From positions 32,001 through 96,000 of the forward strand of contig CAVZKL010000010.1 of assembly GCA_963775895.1 (NCBI GenBank): 64,000 nt of DNA, given 5' to 3'. Origin of the DNA: Candidatus Bathyarchaeota archaeon (lineage in GTDB: Archaea; Thermoproteota; Bathyarchaeia; Bathyarchaeales; Bathycorpusculaceae). The notes beneath the pieces are model-generated. The model saw nothing but the letters and a program-made list of their open reading frames with translations. It had not been told where the DNA came from and did no database searches. Positions 11,218-20,861 of the stretch are shown here, one piece after another. The position numbers and the translations under genes were made by a program. How positions within the stretch are numbered: the stretch's first letter is position 1; every line of letters starts with the position of its first letter.

Positions 11218-11251
11218 CGCGCGCGCGAAATGAAGCGCACGTACTATGATC

Positions 11252-12052
11252 TTAGAGCTTTTTGACAAAAAAAGAAACTGTATGGTCAACCTTGAACCCG
11301 AGTTTCTGATAAAGCCTTTCTGCGTCTCCTCCTTTATCAGTTTGTAACGTGTGCAGGTCATTCCCTTCTTTGAATGAGTCGGAAACAACTTGCATTGTTA
11401 ACTCTGTTCCTATTCCACGTCTCCTGTATTCTTTGAGTGTTGAAACATTGAGGATGCATCCCGTTTTGTCTTTGGAAAATAAACTGATTGTTCCAACAGG
11501 TTGTCCGTCTGCATAAGCCAAGTAGTTTCTAGCTCCCTTTCGCATCCAATCGACAACAAATCTGTCAAACACTTCCTTCCATTCAGCTGGCATCTCGAAA
11601 CTCTTGACCATCAGACTGTCAAAAAGGTCTATCCCATCTTCTTCTATCTCATTCACCGTGACATTTGGATTAAGTATGTTCTCTGATGTTTTTCCCTCAA
11701 AGACCATGATTGATTGCTCTAACTCTTTCTCAAACCCGTAACGTTCAAGGAGTGAAATGAACGAGGGAAGAGTCAACGGAGAAACTCGAAAACAAGCAAA
11801 AGGAAGTCCTCTCGACATAAAATGACTGATGATCGTTTTGACGAAAACCTCAGCCCTGTCTTCAGTGACGTTGACGTTTGTGACATGGTTAAAGACAATC
11901 ACGGGGATTTGGAGCCAATGAGCAACAATCGCTCCTTCCAGCTCCACAGTCTCGGGGAAAATTTGTACGAAATCGTGCCAAAACTTTTCAAGCCTATCAA
12001 CATTTTCCAAAATGTGCCACCATATCTCGTATGCTCGACACCTAGGAGACAA
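11252..12052 (-). CDS. GNAT-family N-acetyltransferase
   Basis: C-terminal NVSTLKEYRRRGIGTEL (motif A) and AERLYQKLGF. Confidence 0.88.
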   Translation of the reverse strand: MSPRCRAYEIWWHILENVDRLEKFWHDFVQIFPETVELEGAIVAHWLQIPVIVFNHVTNVNVTEDRAEVFVKTIISHFMSRGLPFACFRVSPLTLPSFISLLERYGFEKELEQSIMVFEGKTSENILNPNVTVNEIEEDGIDLFDSLMVKSFEMPAEWKEVFDRFVVDWMRKGARNYLAYADGQPVGTISLFSKDKTGCILNVSTLKEYRRRGIGTELTMQVVSDSFKEGNDLHTLQTDKGGDAERLYQKLGFKVDHTVSFFVKKL

Positions 12053-12154
12053 AAATAGTTGGAATGAGTATTAAAGACTAAGCGCGCGAGCTCGTAAAGC
12101 ATAAATGATTGCTAGCACCATATTCTTTTGTAGTGTACTCCGAGTTGAACAATT

Positions 12155-12634
12155 TTGGATCTTCGATTAAGTGATATGACTCTGATCGGACTTATTCTGT
12201 CAGCGGTTCTGTTCTTCGGTAGCCTAATACTGCTTTATCAAGTCGTCACTCTAAATCCCGTAAGTTCTTTTTCGGTTTCCGTGATAATTCTATCAACGTT
12301 TTTCGGCTTAGGTCTTGGAACAATTATAGGCTGGTTCATAACATTTGACTTGTTGAAAAATCTGAGGCAGAAGACTGAATATAAACAAATTCAATCTAAG
12401 ATCTTCATGTTTACCTTCGTAGTTGGGCTTCCCTTATTTGTGCTAGTTTCTTTGATCGTCATTCGTACTCTTCGTGTGGCTTTCATGGTTGGAGAAATAA
12501 TCTTTGTATTTTCAGCAGTATTCACTTTTTTCAGTACAAGAATGGCTCTTATCACTAGATTTGAACATCAAACTAGAAAAATCATCATGATGGATTACTT
12601 TAACTTGTCTGGCAGAATATTCATAAAATCTTGA
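12155..12634 (+). CDS. Hypothetical four-TM membrane protein
   Basis: Four hydrophobic segments, AT-rich codons, GC runs on both sides. Confidence 0.65.
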   Translation: MDLRLSDMTLIGLILSAVLFFGSLILLYQVVTLNPVSSFSVSVIILSTFFGLGLGTIIGWFITFDLLKNLRQKTEYKQIQSKIFMFTFVVGLPLFVLVSLIVIRTLRVAFMVGEIIFVFSAVFTFFSTRMALITRFEHQTRKIIMMDYFNLSGRIFIKS

Positions 12635-12652
12635 TAGAGAGCGCGCGCTAGC

Positions 12653-13345
12653 CTACGAGGCAGAAGCTATTCTATCCAAAATTGATGAAAGCTTCTCGGG
12701 TTCAGTTATCATTGCATCGTGTCCTGTATCCAGGTCGAAGACGGTTCCTCCTTCGAGTCGTATCTTCTCCGCAAATCCTTCCATCCCAGACTGTGTGCAG
12801 TGCACAAAATAGCGAAGGAGTTTCTTCGCCTTCATTTTTCGGGCATCAAGCTTTTCCTGATGTGTCAGAATCGGCATTGACGTCAAACGTGATTTCATCC
12901 ATTGCTTGTCCCGAGGATCCGTAACTCCGAAATCTTCAGGTTTCCACGAAGGAACCATTCCATTGGCATCCGCACTCCTTTTGAACTGATCTTCCAAGCC
13001 TGGAATCAACGAAAACACGCTTTGCCCGTGTTCAGGCACGATGGCATCAAGATAGACGAGTTTGTTGACGCGGGAACTCCTCTCAGCAACGCCGGTGATG
13101 ATCATTCCTCCGTAACTGTGCCCGACTAAGATGGCATCATTCAGATCTTCAAATTCTAATAGATTAATTATGTCCTGAATGTGAACCGAGAGACCCATGC
13201 TCCGAGACGCTATATGGAAACGTTCCCCCATGCCTGAAAGCGTAGGTGTAACGCATTCGTGTCCTCGCTCAAGTAGTCTAGGCGTGAGCTTCTTCCAGCA
13301 CCAACCTCCATGCCAGGAACCGTGAACCAGAATGAATGTACTCAA
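12653..13345 (-). CDS. Alpha/beta hydrolase (esterase, methylesterase-like)
   Basis: LVHGSWHGGWCW, GHSYGG nucleophile elbow, GHDAMIT. Probable TTG start at 13345. Confidence 0.9.
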   Translation of the reverse strand: MSTFILVHGSWHGGWCWKKLTPRLLERGHECVTPTLSGMGERFHIASRSMGLSVHIQDIINLLEFEDLNDAILVGHSYGGMIITGVAERSSRVNKLVYLDAIVPEHGQSVFSLIPGLEDQFKRSADANGMVPSWKPEDFGVTDPRDKQWMKSRLTSMPILTHQEKLDARKMKAKKLLRYFVHCTQSGMEGFAEKIRLEGGTVFDLDTGHDAMITEPEKLSSILDRIASAS

Positions 13346-13609
13346 ACGCGCTCGCAGCAAGCAAGACCTCCCACTTTAGAAGGTTACGGAGAGCTCATAA
13401 AGGCTCCGTTGACCTAAGGACAGTCCGTTCTCCTCACAACAAAAGCAGCGCGCGCTCCTGCAAACAATACGTTGAAAAAGGAAGCGCGCTTCTCTCCGTA
13501 AAAATCAATATAGAACGAAAAATGTTTGTTAGCTGTTTTTTACAAAAATCGCCTCCACATGGGTGCTTATTTCCTGCCTATTGCTATACATGATTTCGAG
13601 GTGATGTAA

Positions 13610-14065
13610 ATGGTTGAGAAAGAAAATGCAGAAAAGCTCCAGGACCTTGAACAACAAGTTTTCGAGGCGCTTGAGAACCAAAAAAGAAGAGACACCCTTC
13701 GAATAGTAGGAGAAAACAAAGGCATTGCCTACACGAAAATTCTGAATGCAAGCAAGATTTCAGACAGTCCGACTCTCTCATACCACCTTAAAAGCTTAGC
13801 ACCTTTCATCGAGCAGAAAGAGGGAAAGTATCGGCTCACAACAATAGGAAAAGACGCGTATAACCTCTTGCTAAAGACCCATGCCTATGATAAGCTGGCT
13901 TTACTGCAGAAGAATAAGTTTGAAGTCATATTAGGGAATGCTGTGATTTGGCTAGGTGCAATCGCTGCAGCAGTATACTTGGGAACTGACGTATTCCTAT
14001 CTACTGTCATCCTTCCGATACTCGCCGCCATGAGTCTTGTCATAACTTATGGGTTGTTCGAGTAG
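13610..14065 (+). CDS. ArsR-like winged-HTH regulator with two C-terminal TM helices
   Basis: FEALENQKRRDTL...LSYHLKSL...GKYRLTTIG; GAGGTGA SD. Confidence 0.8.
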   Translation: MVEKENAEKLQDLEQQVFEALENQKRRDTLRIVGENKGIAYTKILNASKISDSPTLSYHLKSLAPFIEQKEGKYRLTTIGKDAYNLLLKTHAYDKLALLQKNKFEVILGNAVIWLGAIAAAVYLGTDVFLSTVILPILAAMSLVITYGLFE

Positions 14066-14228
14066 TCCTTTCTTTCTTTAATTTCACCCTCTCTTAGCGC
14101 GCCCTTTCTCAGGTCATGGTTCACAGGAGTGTTTCTTTAGAAGGGAAAGTGGAAAGTTAGATTTATCATAGCATCATGGACACGTTATGGTAAGCGTCTA
14201 ACATTGCGCGCGCTATAATTGCGGCCGC

Positions 14229-14726
14229 TTACTGGTTTTGGATATTATTTGCTTTCCTTCTCTTGTTGTATGTGTATTGATAGTAGCCATAGGAACTCAT
14301 CATTATGAAGAAGGCAATCACAAGCATCATTCCATAGAATCGCGACATCAAGTATCCATACCAGTTCAAGCCTATGCTTCCGATGAAAAGGAGTAGAAGA
14401 TAGATAACGAGGCCTACTGGCCAGCGGTCGGGATGATGATATGGTTTCTTCTGAGTTATCAGCCTATACCAGAGGTCGTAGACCAAGTAAATGATTATAG
14501 GCAATCCAGCTAGAAGACGGCCGGAGTCGTTGCCAATAAGGAGGTTCACTACCCAAAGTGAGGTAAAAGGAACCAGCTGGACACTGAATGCAATTCTCAA
14601 CTTCCACTCCCACCTCGAGAGTTCACGAGCACGCAGAACGTACACGACAAACAAAAAAGCATAGAAGACCAGTGCAAAGAAGACAACAAGATTGTCTAAC
14701 AGACCTGCATCCATTACCGACCACAA
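14229..14726 (-). CDS. Hypothetical multi-TM membrane protein
   Basis: About five hydrophobic helices in the 165-aa ORF. Confidence 0.7.
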   Translation of the reverse strand: MWSVMDAGLLDNLVVFFALVFYAFLFVVYVLRARELSRWEWKLRIAFSVQLVPFTSLWVVNLLIGNDSGRLLAGLPIIIYLVYDLWYRLITQKKPYHHPDRWPVGLVIYLLLLFIGSIGLNWYGYLMSRFYGMMLVIAFFIMMSSYGYYQYTYNKRRKANNIQNQ

Positions 14727-15343
14727 TTAAACTGTACTGATTTCTGTTCAGCTATGACTTTTCCGCAAATGGTTTCTCTGTCCTGCGCTTTAGAATTCTC
14801 TTCAAGTACTACACACTCTTTTGCATAGAAAAAACCTAGGTTGTTGCTTTAGGATGAATCTTAGCTTTAGTTGTCTCAATTCTAGCTCTATATGTAAGTA
14901 ACAACCCTAACGATGATGAAAAACTTCTTGAGGGGCCCTGAAATCTTGCGCGCGCTTTCCACAACTCTTTCTATCATTGTGCTCAAGTCGTTGCGTTCGG
15001 CAATTATGTCCTTCGCTTGAACGCGCTCTAGAGACCGCGTGCCAAATGCCTCTGGACTTCCAATAGAGTTTGCCCGCGCATGCATTCGAACTCGATCATG
15101 ATTGTTCTGTAAGTTTTCTCTGCTTTGTATGGAAGGTAGCTTGATACGAACATTTCAACAGGTATGCCGTCCTTCAGGCTCGGCAGACGAATCTGACCAA
15201 CTCTCCTCAAAACAACCCCCAAACTTGCGGCAGCACCCCAGTGGGTTTTTCCTGCAAGACCTAGCCTCGATCTTATTTCCACATTAATCAACCTCCATTC
15301 TGTTCCTGATTACAGTAAGGTCATATCATCGATAATTGTGTAA

Positions 15344-15399
15344 CTGAAGAATATTCAAATATAACACAAGAAATTTATAGAAAGTTGAACAGTATTCAA
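15344..15399. promoter_or_regulatory. Two 15-bp semi-palindromes around the TATA box of the Lrp gene (candidate autoregulatory operators)
   Basis: CTGAAGAATATTCAA (15344-15358) and TTGAACAGTATTCAA (15385-15399) flank TTTATA at about 15374. Confidence 0.5.
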
Positions 15400-15403
15400 T
15401 AAT

Positions 15404-15868
15404 ATGAAGAACATAAGACCTGAACTGATAAAATTGTTCAAGCAGGGGTATTGCACGCCTCAGATATCCAGAATTGCCAAAGCTATTGACGAACCTTCGA
15501 CGACCATTCATTACAACATAAAGAAGCTGGAAAAAGAAGGCGCAATAGAAACCTACAAGGCCGTTTTTGACTACACAAAAATCGAAGAAGGATTCTGCGC
15601 GTATGTCCTGATCAACGTGTCTCCTTTAGAATACGAACATGATTGGTCGAAATACGAAACGCAAATAGTAAGAGAGCTGGCAAAGCATAAGGAAGTCGAG
15701 AGTTTGGATATAATTACGGGAGAATGGGATATGATTCTCAAAATCAGAACAAAAGACCAAAGCGATTTCTATGACTTCCTAGGGAAAGTCATTAATCGAG
15801 TGGCCATCCAAAAAAGCATATCCCTAGTCTCATTGCGGCAAGTCAAAAGCGATTTCATACTTAGATGA
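15404..15868 (+). CDS. Lrp/AsnC family transcriptional regulator
   Basis: HTH STTIHYNIKKLEKEGAI and RAM domain ITGEWDMILKI. Confidence 0.9.
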   Translation: MKNIRPELIKLFKQGYCTPQISRIAKAIDEPSTTIHYNIKKLEKEGAIETYKAVFDYTKIEEGFCAYVLINVSPLEYEHDWSKYETQIVRELAKHKEVESLDIITGEWDMILKIRTKDQSDFYDFLGKVINRVAIQKSISLVSLRQVKSDFILR

Positions 15869-16117
15869 CGTGCGCGCGAGAATGATTTGTCTCTGTGATG
15901 TCAGACAATGAAAAGACAACATTAGATTTATTGTATCGTCATGAAAACGTTAAGGTTCAAGCGCGCGCGTGCTGACAATAATTGGCTTCGCAACACCAAA
16001 CTCTGGCTATGAACTCTAACATCGTAGTCTTTTACCCACTTTCTTTTGACGTGTCGAATAATAGAAAAGCGCGCGTTTTGAAAGAGTTATATTTGCTGCC
16101 CCACAGTACACTTTGAT

Positions 16118-16612
16118 TTGGAGATAGAGTTGGCTGGTTCAGAGTTTCTATTATCATTGATCCTGTGGTTTGTCCGTGCTTTCGTTTCAAGCCTGATTTG
16201 TTTGCTGATTGGGTACATTGGAATTAGGAGCATCACGCTTTTGACGACGAAGATTAAAGAGTTCGAAAGCATCAAGGGTAATTCTTTGGCAACTAGCCTT
16301 TTTGTTGGCGGTTTTTTTGTTTATGCTGGCTTGGTTGTTTACGGTTCGATGGTTAACCCGTTCTTCCTTTCGCAGTCAGTGACTGTTGGCGCCTACTTCA
16401 ACCTGCAGAGGCTCCTCGTTGTTGTCCTCAGCTTCTTCGTAAGTCTGTTCGTCGGCGGCTTGTTCTACCTAGTCTTTGCCAAACTCAGGCCCTTCGGCAT
16501 TGACCTAGACGACATCAACAAGCATCCTATGGCTGTTGGAGTCTTCCTGCTCTGCTACGAAATCTTTTTGGGGCTCATAATGTTTGCAAGCTTAACCATC
16601 CCAATAGGATAG
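16118..16612 (+). CDS. DUF350-like four-TM membrane protein
   Basis: Internal two-fold pattern IKEFESIKGNSLATSL / IDLDDINKHPMAVGV between TM pairs. Confidence 0.6.
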   Translation: MEIELAGSEFLLSLILWFVRAFVSSLICLLIGYIGIRSITLLTTKIKEFESIKGNSLATSLFVGGFFVYAGLVVYGSMVNPFFLSQSVTVGAYFNLQRLLVVVLSFFVSLFVGGLFYLVFAKLRPFGIDLDDINKHPMAVGVFLLCYEIFLGLIMFASLTIPIG

Positions 16613-16625
16613 CCGAGGACAACAA

Positions 16626-17447
16626 ATGACTCACATGCGATACCTCATCCTATTCTTACTTCTTTGCGCGTCAGCTGTTGCTCTGATCAAAACTGCCAGC
16701 GCGTTTCCAGCTTCAAGCTTCAGTCAGCGATATGGTGATTGGTTTGACAACTGGGGAATAGACAGGAATAACTTCGCAGGTTCTAATGGGTACTTGCCCA
16801 ATCTTGCGTCTGAAACGCTCGGCGATAACAAGGAACTAGCTTATAACATCGGCGAAAGGTTCGAAGAAAACTATCCAAGTAACACCGATAGGGCAGTCGC
16901 CATCCTGAAGTACGTTCAGAGGTGGACAGAGTACGGCTATGACAGCGACAACGTCATCAGAGATGGCGTCGCTCAAGACGATTGGGCTTGGAATGCCGAT
17001 GAAATGGCACACGCTTTCAACGAAACTACAGGCGTCAAAGCCATCGGAGACTGCGAGGACATGGCTTTCCTTTGTGGCACAATCTACGTGGCTGCAGGTT
17101 TGGACGCTGCCATCATTGATGCACCCGGCCATTGTGCTCTACTGATTTGGCTTCCAGAGTTCTCGAACGCAAACAACTATTGGGATATTAGTGACGGCAG
17201 AGGCGCTGGTTGGATATGGGTTGAAGCTACAGGCAGCTCTAACCCTTTAGGTTGGACCCCGCCGGACTTCGAAAACGGCGGATGGACCGCGTATCCAATT
17301 ACAAATTCCTCGGTATTCGTTACTGAACCATTTCAGCCAACTTCGACTTCAACTTCGACTTCGACTGATTTGGATACTCTAGGCATTATTGTTGCCATAA
17401 TTTTTTCAGTCATAGCAGCTCTGGCTAGGCTCAAGCGCACGCACTAA
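16626..17447 (+). CDS. Secreted transglutaminase-like cysteine protease with C-terminal membrane anchor
   Basis: Signal peptide; GDCEDMAFL...PGH...WIWVEATG; Ser/Thr linker, TM helix and basic tail. Confidence 0.75.
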   Translation: MTHMRYLILFLLLCASAVALIKTASAFPASSFSQRYGDWFDNWGIDRNNFAGSNGYLPNLASETLGDNKELAYNIGERFEENYPSNTDRAVAILKYVQRWTEYGYDSDNVIRDGVAQDDWAWNADEMAHAFNETTGVKAIGDCEDMAFLCGTIYVAAGLDAAIIDAPGHCALLIWLPEFSNANNYWDISDGRGAGWIWVEATGSSNPLGWTPPDFENGGWTAYPITNSSVFVTEPFQPTSTSTSTSTDLDTLGIIVAIIFSVIAALARLKRTH

Positions 17448-17905
17448 GTTGAACCTATTTTTTCTTTTTTTGCTTCCTCTATCTTCTTTGCCATTTCATA
17501 GTCCAGAAGGAGGGGAGCGTTCCCCTTGGAAGGTCTGTTGCCGCTTGCGATGTAAACTGTGCCTGGATTGTAAACAGACGCGCTTCCAGATGACACTGCA
17601 ATGGTCCCAGCCATGAAATCTCTAGCTTTGTCAATAGGTATGAAATCGGGGAGAGCGGTTGAATCATAGAATATCCTCCATTCCAAGTCGGTTCCATATT
17701 TATCTCCAATAGCTGCGGAACCTGCTTCGCCGGAAACGACTGTTTCACGCCGCGGTAATGTCCCAACAGCAAAAAGAACCAGTTTGTTGTTGAAGCTAGC
17801 TTCGACAACCTTGACGTCTGGAATGTCTATTATCAGCGACCCTTCAAAAAGGTTCTTCCCCTTTCCCCATCCACTCAGCCATTTAGGACGCTGCATAAGG
17901 ATCAA
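17444..17905 (-). CDS. Hypothetical protein, possibly a fragment
   Basis: 153-aa ORF with no recognisable motif. Confidence 0.4.
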   Translation of the reverse strand: MILMQRPKWLSGWGKGKNLFEGSLIIDIPDVKVVEASFNNKLVLFAVGTLPRRETVVSGEAGSAAIGDKYGTDLEWRIFYDSTALPDFIPIDKARDFMAGTIAVSSGSASVYNPGTVYIASGNRPSKGNAPLLLDYEMAKKIEEAKKEKIGST

Positions 17906-18107
17906 GTTCTAACAGTTTTCTATTCACTATAAAACACCTTCCGCTACAACTCGACAGTCTGCGCGCGCTAAAAGAAAACTTTGCTAAAAGCGTAGCAGTG
18001 GCTCCAAGAAAATAGTCAGGTCATAAAAGCCTGATGAGGGAAACTGAAAAGGAAAAAAAGCATTGACAGATGAAAATGCGATGCTGAAGGTTGCTATTAC
18101 TTGCCGT

Positions 18108-18332
18108 CTATAGCTTGCTTTTGATTGCGTTAATGAGGTCTTGTGGAGAATTGAAATTCATATTAGGCAGTTTGCCTAGAACCGACATCATCTCTGTTGG
18201 GGCGTTGTTATTTTTAAATGCACTTTCTACATTTTGTTTGCTTGCAGGGAAGTTGAGTCCTTTCACGTACTTCATTATCTCTTCGCCTCCAAGACCTTCA
18301 ATCTTATCACCCAAGCCTTTGAACATCGACAT
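18108..18332 (-). CDS. DUF2795-family small protein
   Basis: YVKGLNFPASKQNV...LPNMNFNSPQDL pattern; GGAGGTGA SD. Confidence 0.8.
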   Translation of the reverse strand: MSMFKGLGDKIEGLGGEEIMKYVKGLNFPASKQNVESAFKNNNAPTEMMSVLGKLPNMNFNSPQDLINAIKSKL

Positions 18333-18413
18333 CTAATCACCTCCCCTTAACAACAAATCATAAACACACGCCATTTTCAGACAAAAAAGAATTGTGTTTT
18401 AAACAGAGTTAAA

Positions 18414-18454
18414 GGGTTTGGGTTTGGGGCAAAACTTTACCCCAACCAACCAAC
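18414..18454 (-). repeat. Imperfect palindrome family, copy 2
   Basis: GGGTTTGGGTTTGGGGCAAAACTTTACCCCAACCAACCAAC. Confidence 0.75.
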
Positions 18455-18544
18455 AATATCAATTGCCGAGAACGGTTTATGTTCTTCCGTAAGAACTATT
18501 AGTCTATCCGCACGTGTTCTTCGTGACGATAAACTGTGAAAACA

Positions 18545-18682
18545 TTGAAAAAACGCTTTGAAACAATAGATGAATATATCGCCACATTCCCCCGAAATGT
18601 CCAAGATATTTTAGAAGAACTGAGACAAACAATCCAAAATTCAGCACCAGATGCCAAAGATTGTTTTTGCCACTATTTTTGA
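18545..18682 (+). pseudogene. N-terminal fragment of a DUF1801/YdhG-like gene
   Basis: Own translation MKKRFETIDEYIATFPRNVQDILEELRQTIQNSAPDAK, then unrelated codons and a stop. Confidence 0.7.
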
Positions 18683-18764
18683 TGGCAAGTATGCCCTATG
18701 AACCCCTAATAGACATGGAATAGACACCTATACGAACTTCAACGTTCTGCAAACATAGCGCGCG

Positions 18765-19430
18765 CTATTGTGTTTCCACTCTTCCATCGCAGAACTTGTT
18801 AATGTATTCGAAGGCTATCTGCTTGGATTGGGATAGTGTTTCTGAAGAGATTCCTGGAACACCGCACACGAGCATTGTGACATTCCTGGTGTCTTCTGTT
18901 ACCTTCGAATAATCAGCGTCTCTGTGAGGGTAAAGCGCTACAAGTCTCTCTGCGTCTGAAATTACAGCTTCTCCGCCGTCTAGAACCATGGGTTTATCCA
19001 TTCCTACACCCAGAAAACTCTCACCCTTCAATGCAAATCGCATTACTAATTTATCCTTTAGCTTGTCTTCGTCGAACGCTGCCAAAGCTACTTCTGATTT
19101 GAGGGAGGCCAAATTGTAGGCGTCCACTAGAGTATTAATACTCGGCACTGGTTTTCCTGCTAACACTCTTCTAATTAATGCTTCAGTTGCAGGACGATTT
19201 TTGGTGGGGTCTATTCTTATCTTCCAGAAAAAATCACGGTAAGCTCGGAAAACTGAAACATCCTTCACGGTTTCAAGACTGTATCTTTGCTTAACCTCGC
19301 TGAATATCAACTTCTTAAATTCCTCAAGCTCATCATCTCTTTTCATAACCTTCACATCTTTCACAGAGAAAATCAACAGCTTCAAATCTGGAAAACGGCT
19401 TTTCAGATCTTGACCCATTGTGATATCCAA
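18765..19430 (-). CDS. Stand-alone B3/4 domain protein (PheRS beta editing-like)
   Basis: AYRDFFWKIRIDPTKNRPATEALIRR, INTLVDAYN, AFDEDK. The stop codon overlaps the 18758 GC run. Confidence 0.88.
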   Translation of the reverse strand: MDITMGQDLKSRFPDLKLLIFSVKDVKVMKRDDELEEFKKLIFSEVKQRYSLETVKDVSVFRAYRDFFWKIRIDPTKNRPATEALIRRVLAGKPVPSINTLVDAYNLASLKSEVALAAFDEDKLKDKLVMRFALKGESFLGVGMDKPMVLDGGEAVISDAERLVALYPHRDADYSKVTEDTRNVTMLVCGVPGISSETLSQSKQIAFEYINKFCDGRVETQ

Positions 19431-19453
19431 ACTAGCCGGCCTCCGTTCAACTC

Positions 19454-19873
19454 TTATTCGCCTATGATCTGTAAGATTATGTTTCTGCTTCTGCTACGGA
19501 CATCTAATTCCACAAGAATTATCTGCTGCCATGTTCCCAGAGTTAATCTCCCGTTAACAAAAGGCACGGTGATACTGGGTCCTATAAGTGAGGCTCTTAC
19601 GTGTGAGTGCCCGTTGCCGTCATGCCATGTTTTCTCATGCGCGTACAACAATTTTTTCGGGGCTATACGCTCAAGAATGTTTGGAAGATCCTCCAAAAGC
19701 CCTGGTTCATACTCGATTGTCGTCAATGCTCCAGTGGATCCTGGCAAGAAAACAGTTACAATTCCATCTTTCAATTTACTTTCAACAACAGTTTCAGCAA
19801 CTCGGCTTGTAATATCTAATATGTCGCCTTCTCCTCTGGTTTGTATTGAAAGTTGCTTCGTTCTAACAGTCAA
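19454..19873 (-). CDS. yjbQ: YjbQ/UPF0047 family protein
   Basis: GSTGALTTIEYE, NGHSHVRASLIG, LGTWQQI. Confidence 0.9.
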   Translation of the reverse strand: MTVRTKQLSIQTRGEGDILDITSRVAETVVESKLKDGIVTVFLPGSTGALTTIEYEPGLLEDLPNILERIAPKKLLYAHEKTWHDGNGHSHVRASLIGPSITVPFVNGRLTLGTWQQIILVELDVRSRSRNIILQIIGE

Positions 19874-19976
19874 CCCTTAAACCTCCGAGAAACAAACCAA
19901 GAAACATTCTATAACTGCTGTCTATTAAGAATTAGGCGCGCGCGTCTTACCTGAAGCCCGTGGTTTCAGAGAGAGA

Positions 19977-20058
19977 GGGTAAAGTTTTATCCAAACCAAC
20001 CAAACCAAACCTGACGTCGATGCTGTGTGGGGGGTAAAGTTTTGTTCCAAACCCAGAC
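19977..20058 (+). repeat. Imperfect palindrome family, copies 3 and 4
   Basis: GGGTAAAGTTTTATCCAAACCAACCAAACC (19977) and GGGGGGTAAAGTTTTGTTCCAAACCC (20029). Confidence 0.75.
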
Positions 20059-20067
20059 AAGCGCATG

Positions 20068-20760
20068 CTAGTTTTGGCGTCTGCTCCAGCGCACACTTGC
20101 GGTTGCAATTAGGTTTAGTGTGATTATGACGAGTAGTAGCCAAGCGCTGAAATCAAAACCGAACCCTACGCCCATACTTTCCAAATAGCCTGAGGTCACG
20201 TGGTACACGGAATAGGCTAAAGGAAAACTGTACGTGAGAACACCGCCAGGAGAGATATTACCGGGCTTTAAGAGGCTGGCAACGGGAATCATCGTCCCCC
20301 ATACGTAAGCAAAAATACACGTGAGCCCCAGGATAAGACTGGTGTACAGCCCTTCCAGTTTTCCGAACTTGGACGCCTCAGCTTCCCAACCCCCGCGCAA
20401 CACCGCCAAGTTCAGAATTATCAGTGTTATGAGAAGGTAAGAAGTGATGTCTGGGAAAGCGAAGAGGGCCTGTCCTTGAACGTTCTGGCCTGTCACGTGA
20501 AAGATTGTGCTTATGCCCAGAAACCTGTAATCCAAGACTCCGCCATAAGCCCCTGCGTTGTCGGTCCAGTGAGTCCAGTAAACAAGTAAGTACATCGTGA
20601 CCACGTAGCTTACCAAAGAGCAAACAGCGATAACAAAGTTAATTAAAGTCAGGTTGCCATCCACGAAATCTTTCAATTCATCGGCGAAACTTTTCAATTG
20701 ATCCCCCGACGCGCGTTCTTGAAGCCCAACGCGTGGCTTCTCGCAATAGCCTATAGTCAA
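20068..20760 (-). CDS. Hypothetical membrane protein with internal duplication
   Basis: Two TM-loop-TM halves: GGVLDY...YHV/FHV...LIILNL and GGVLTY...IITLNL. True start uncertain. Confidence 0.65.
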   Translation of the reverse strand: MTIGYCEKPRVGLQERASGDQLKSFADELKDFVDGNLTLINFVIAVCSLVSYVVTMYLLVYWTHWTDNAGAYGGVLDYRFLGISTIFHVTGQNVQGQALFAFPDITSYLLITLIILNLAVLRGGWEAEASKFGKLEGLYTSLILGLTCIFAYVWGTMIPVASLLKPGNISPGGVLTYSFPLAYSVYHVTSGYLESMGVGFGFDFSAWLLLVIITLNLIATASVRWSRRQN

Positions 20761-20861
20761 AGTCTAGCTTAACTGTTCCGCATCCGAAAGCGCGCGCGTC
20801 TTACCTGTATGCTAAGTTAGAAAAAAAGTTGAGGTTGGACGGTAAGGGAGTAGTTTCTGAG

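Larger units (their letters stand above)
19936..20807 (+). repeat. 18-bp direct repeat GCGCGCGCGTCTTACCTG at 19936-19953 and 20790-20807
   Basis: Exact match read at both positions. Confidence 0.92.

Noticed and set aside
17339-17366. ACTTCG/ACTTCA hexamer tandem repeat
   Set aside because: Encodes the Thr-Ser linker of the transglutaminase-like protein.
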